DNA of 63,925 bases, the filler included, from Octopus bimaculoides (lineage: Eukaryota), in the NCBI RefSeq assembly GCF_001194135.2. It is 12 parts of 12 records of this genome, joined end to end, with 100 filler letters (N's around TTAATTAATTAA, not from the genome) between each part and the next. Parts side by side here need not be neighbours in the genome. Positions count along the whole stretch, not along the records: positions 60,551 to 62,612 come from NC_068987.1; positions 62,713 to 63,925 come from NW_026309274.1; 10 more parts are not named here. One strand, written 5' to 3'. Under the pieces are notes generated by a model. That model made no database searches and had not been told where the DNA came from. It saw only the letters and a list, made by a program, of their open reading frames with translations. How positions within the stretch are numbered: position 1 is the first letter of the stretch; each line of letters opens with the position of its first letter. Made by a program: the position numbers and the translations under genes. This document shows positions 61,750 to 63,925 of this stretch, piece after piece.

Positions 61750-62543
61750 CATATGTAAATATACACACATACATATAAATATATATATATGTACATATTG
61801 CACATGCATACACGTTTGTGTATGTGTGTGTGTGTGTGGCTCTATGTCCGAGATCATTACTGTCAGCACTGAAAGTTTTGAAATGCTATTACTTAATGTA
61901 TGAGTCAGCACAGTTTTGTTTAGAATGTAGTGGGGTGTGCTTATACAGTGCAGTTATTATTCCAATAAAATTGTTTGTTTGTCCAGACAGTTCTTCATTT
62001 AATCATTAGATGTCCTCAGTTCAGTTTTAATTCACTGATGAAATAAGATTATATCAAATTTATGTTTGTACCAACCCGTTTGTATGAAATATCTGATGGC
62101 AGGTGTAATGATTAAATCGTTAAGGTATCGGACTCCGGGCAACATAGTTGTGAGTTACTGTCTTACTTCAGGCATTGAGCTGCATTCCTTAGACAAGCCA
62201 ATTAAATGTGCCCACCAAAGGCTTCAAGTCTATTTAAAGCACTAAAATAATTTCTGACCATCACTTTTAACTTTCTCATGCTGAAAATATTGATTTCTAT
62301 CATCTTGTTGCGGGGGAGATGTATAATCGATTAAATTGAACTGCATTATAGGTGCAGGTATAGCTATGCCAATAAGAAACTAATTTGCGATCAAGTGGTT
62401 TTAGGTTCAGTCCCAAATTGCGGCACCCTAGGCAAATGTCTTCAACTAACTCCTCAGGCCAACCAATATCTTGTGAACGAATTTGATAGACGAAAACTGT
62501 GAGGAAGCCTGACGTACACACAAACACACACACACACACACAC

Positions 62544-62576
<33 letters not shown>

Positions 62577-63504
62577 TGTATGTATGTATATATATATATA
62601 TATATATATATANNNNNNNNNNNNNNNNNNNNNNNNNNNNNNNNNNNNNNNNNNNNTTAATTAATTAANNNNNNNNNNNNNNNNNNNNNNNNNNNNNNNN
62701 NNNNNNNNNNNNATGTATGTATGTATGTATGTATGTATCTATCTATCTATCTATACACATACTTATTCATACACAAGCACGCGCACACATACAGACATTC
62801 TTTCACAGGCACTCACAAGCACACACACACACACGCACATATACACACACACACAACTTTTGGTGTGTACTTGTAATTACGTGCTGTTCTTTCTTTCTAA
62901 AGGTTAAACTAATTCACGTTTTCAGACCTCCCAGTCATATCCTTCACTAAAATGCATCGTCATGGACGCAAAATTAGCGATTTATTGATGTAGAAAATCG
63001 TACATCTATGCTGAGGTGATGTCTTACAAAACTATCAATTATACGAACAACAACAACGTTTTCAATAATAATTGTTTCTTATTTAGGTACAAAACTGCAA
63101 ATTTTGATGGGAGGGGAATAGTCGATGTCGTAGGACCCAGTGCTTGACTGACATTTAATTTGGTCGAGGCTGGAGTAATAAAATGTAATGTTTTCTTAAA
63201 GCGGTTTTTGAACACAGAACGTAGAAAAGCGGAAGAAATACCACAGAGTTGTTGGGGCGGTGTGCTGACGATACAGCCAATACGCAGGATATTTTAAATG
63301 ACAGATGGATGGACCCAAGAGACAACGCCAAACTAGGTCATGGAAAGGGCATTCATGTTAATCTCTTAACACTGAAGAAACAACAAACCTTAGCACCTTC
63401 AGACAGTAACGCTCCTTTCTACATAACGATGAGGCTAGTGGTCGTCATGTCGACGACCACCGTGAGAATGCTGTCACACCAACAATGACGATAATGATAT
63501 TGCT

Positions 63505-63626
<122 letters not shown>

Positions 63627-63755
63627 ATTGTCATTTGTCATCTTAACATTAATGGTTTATTTTAACTTGTTCTCTTCAGTTATCTTGAATTATAATCCTA
63701 TCCATCCATCCATCCATCCATCTATCCATCCATCCATCCATCCATCCATCCATCC

Positions 63756-63813
<58 letters not shown>

Positions 63814-63925
63814 TCATCTATCCACTTACCAATTTGTTTATTGATCTGGCTATCTACTTACCGACCAACCAAATACCTACCTAGCTGCCGAAACACAGGT
63901 AAAGATGTATATATATATATATATA

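Overview
Eukaryotic, repeat-rich animal DNA, most likely from an octopus or other coleoid cephalopod. That is an inference from the tRNA-derived SINE families, the microsatellite density and a long single-exon C2H2 array. The window is not one locus: eleven identical 100-bp spacers (44 N + TTAATTAATTAA + 44 N) join 12 separate segments. The only intact host gene seen is a 725-aa C2H2 zinc-finger ORF (37558-39735, +) with 23 intact fingers, a candidate ETS/YY1/CCAAT promoter about 2.2 kb upstream, and its last finger plus stop codon triplicated into the 3' flank. The rest is mobile or repetitive DNA: R4/Dong-type REL retrotransposon pieces that all abut (AAT)n, Penelope-like elements (RT + GIY-YIG) with inversions, L1/Tx1 and RTE fragments, several SINE families, TIR elements (one carrying SAP and SWIM-type coding remnants), and a 9.3-kb CpG-rich (AACG/TACG) satellite with internal inversions. 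The most interesting signals are hammerhead-ribozyme folds: one complete fold in a Penelope terminal repeat (60257-60308) and a tandem 137-153 bp hammerhead-bearing repeat (42026-42328, minus strand) that resembles an unusually small retrozyme. All family assignments come from motif recognition by eye; no database searches were run.
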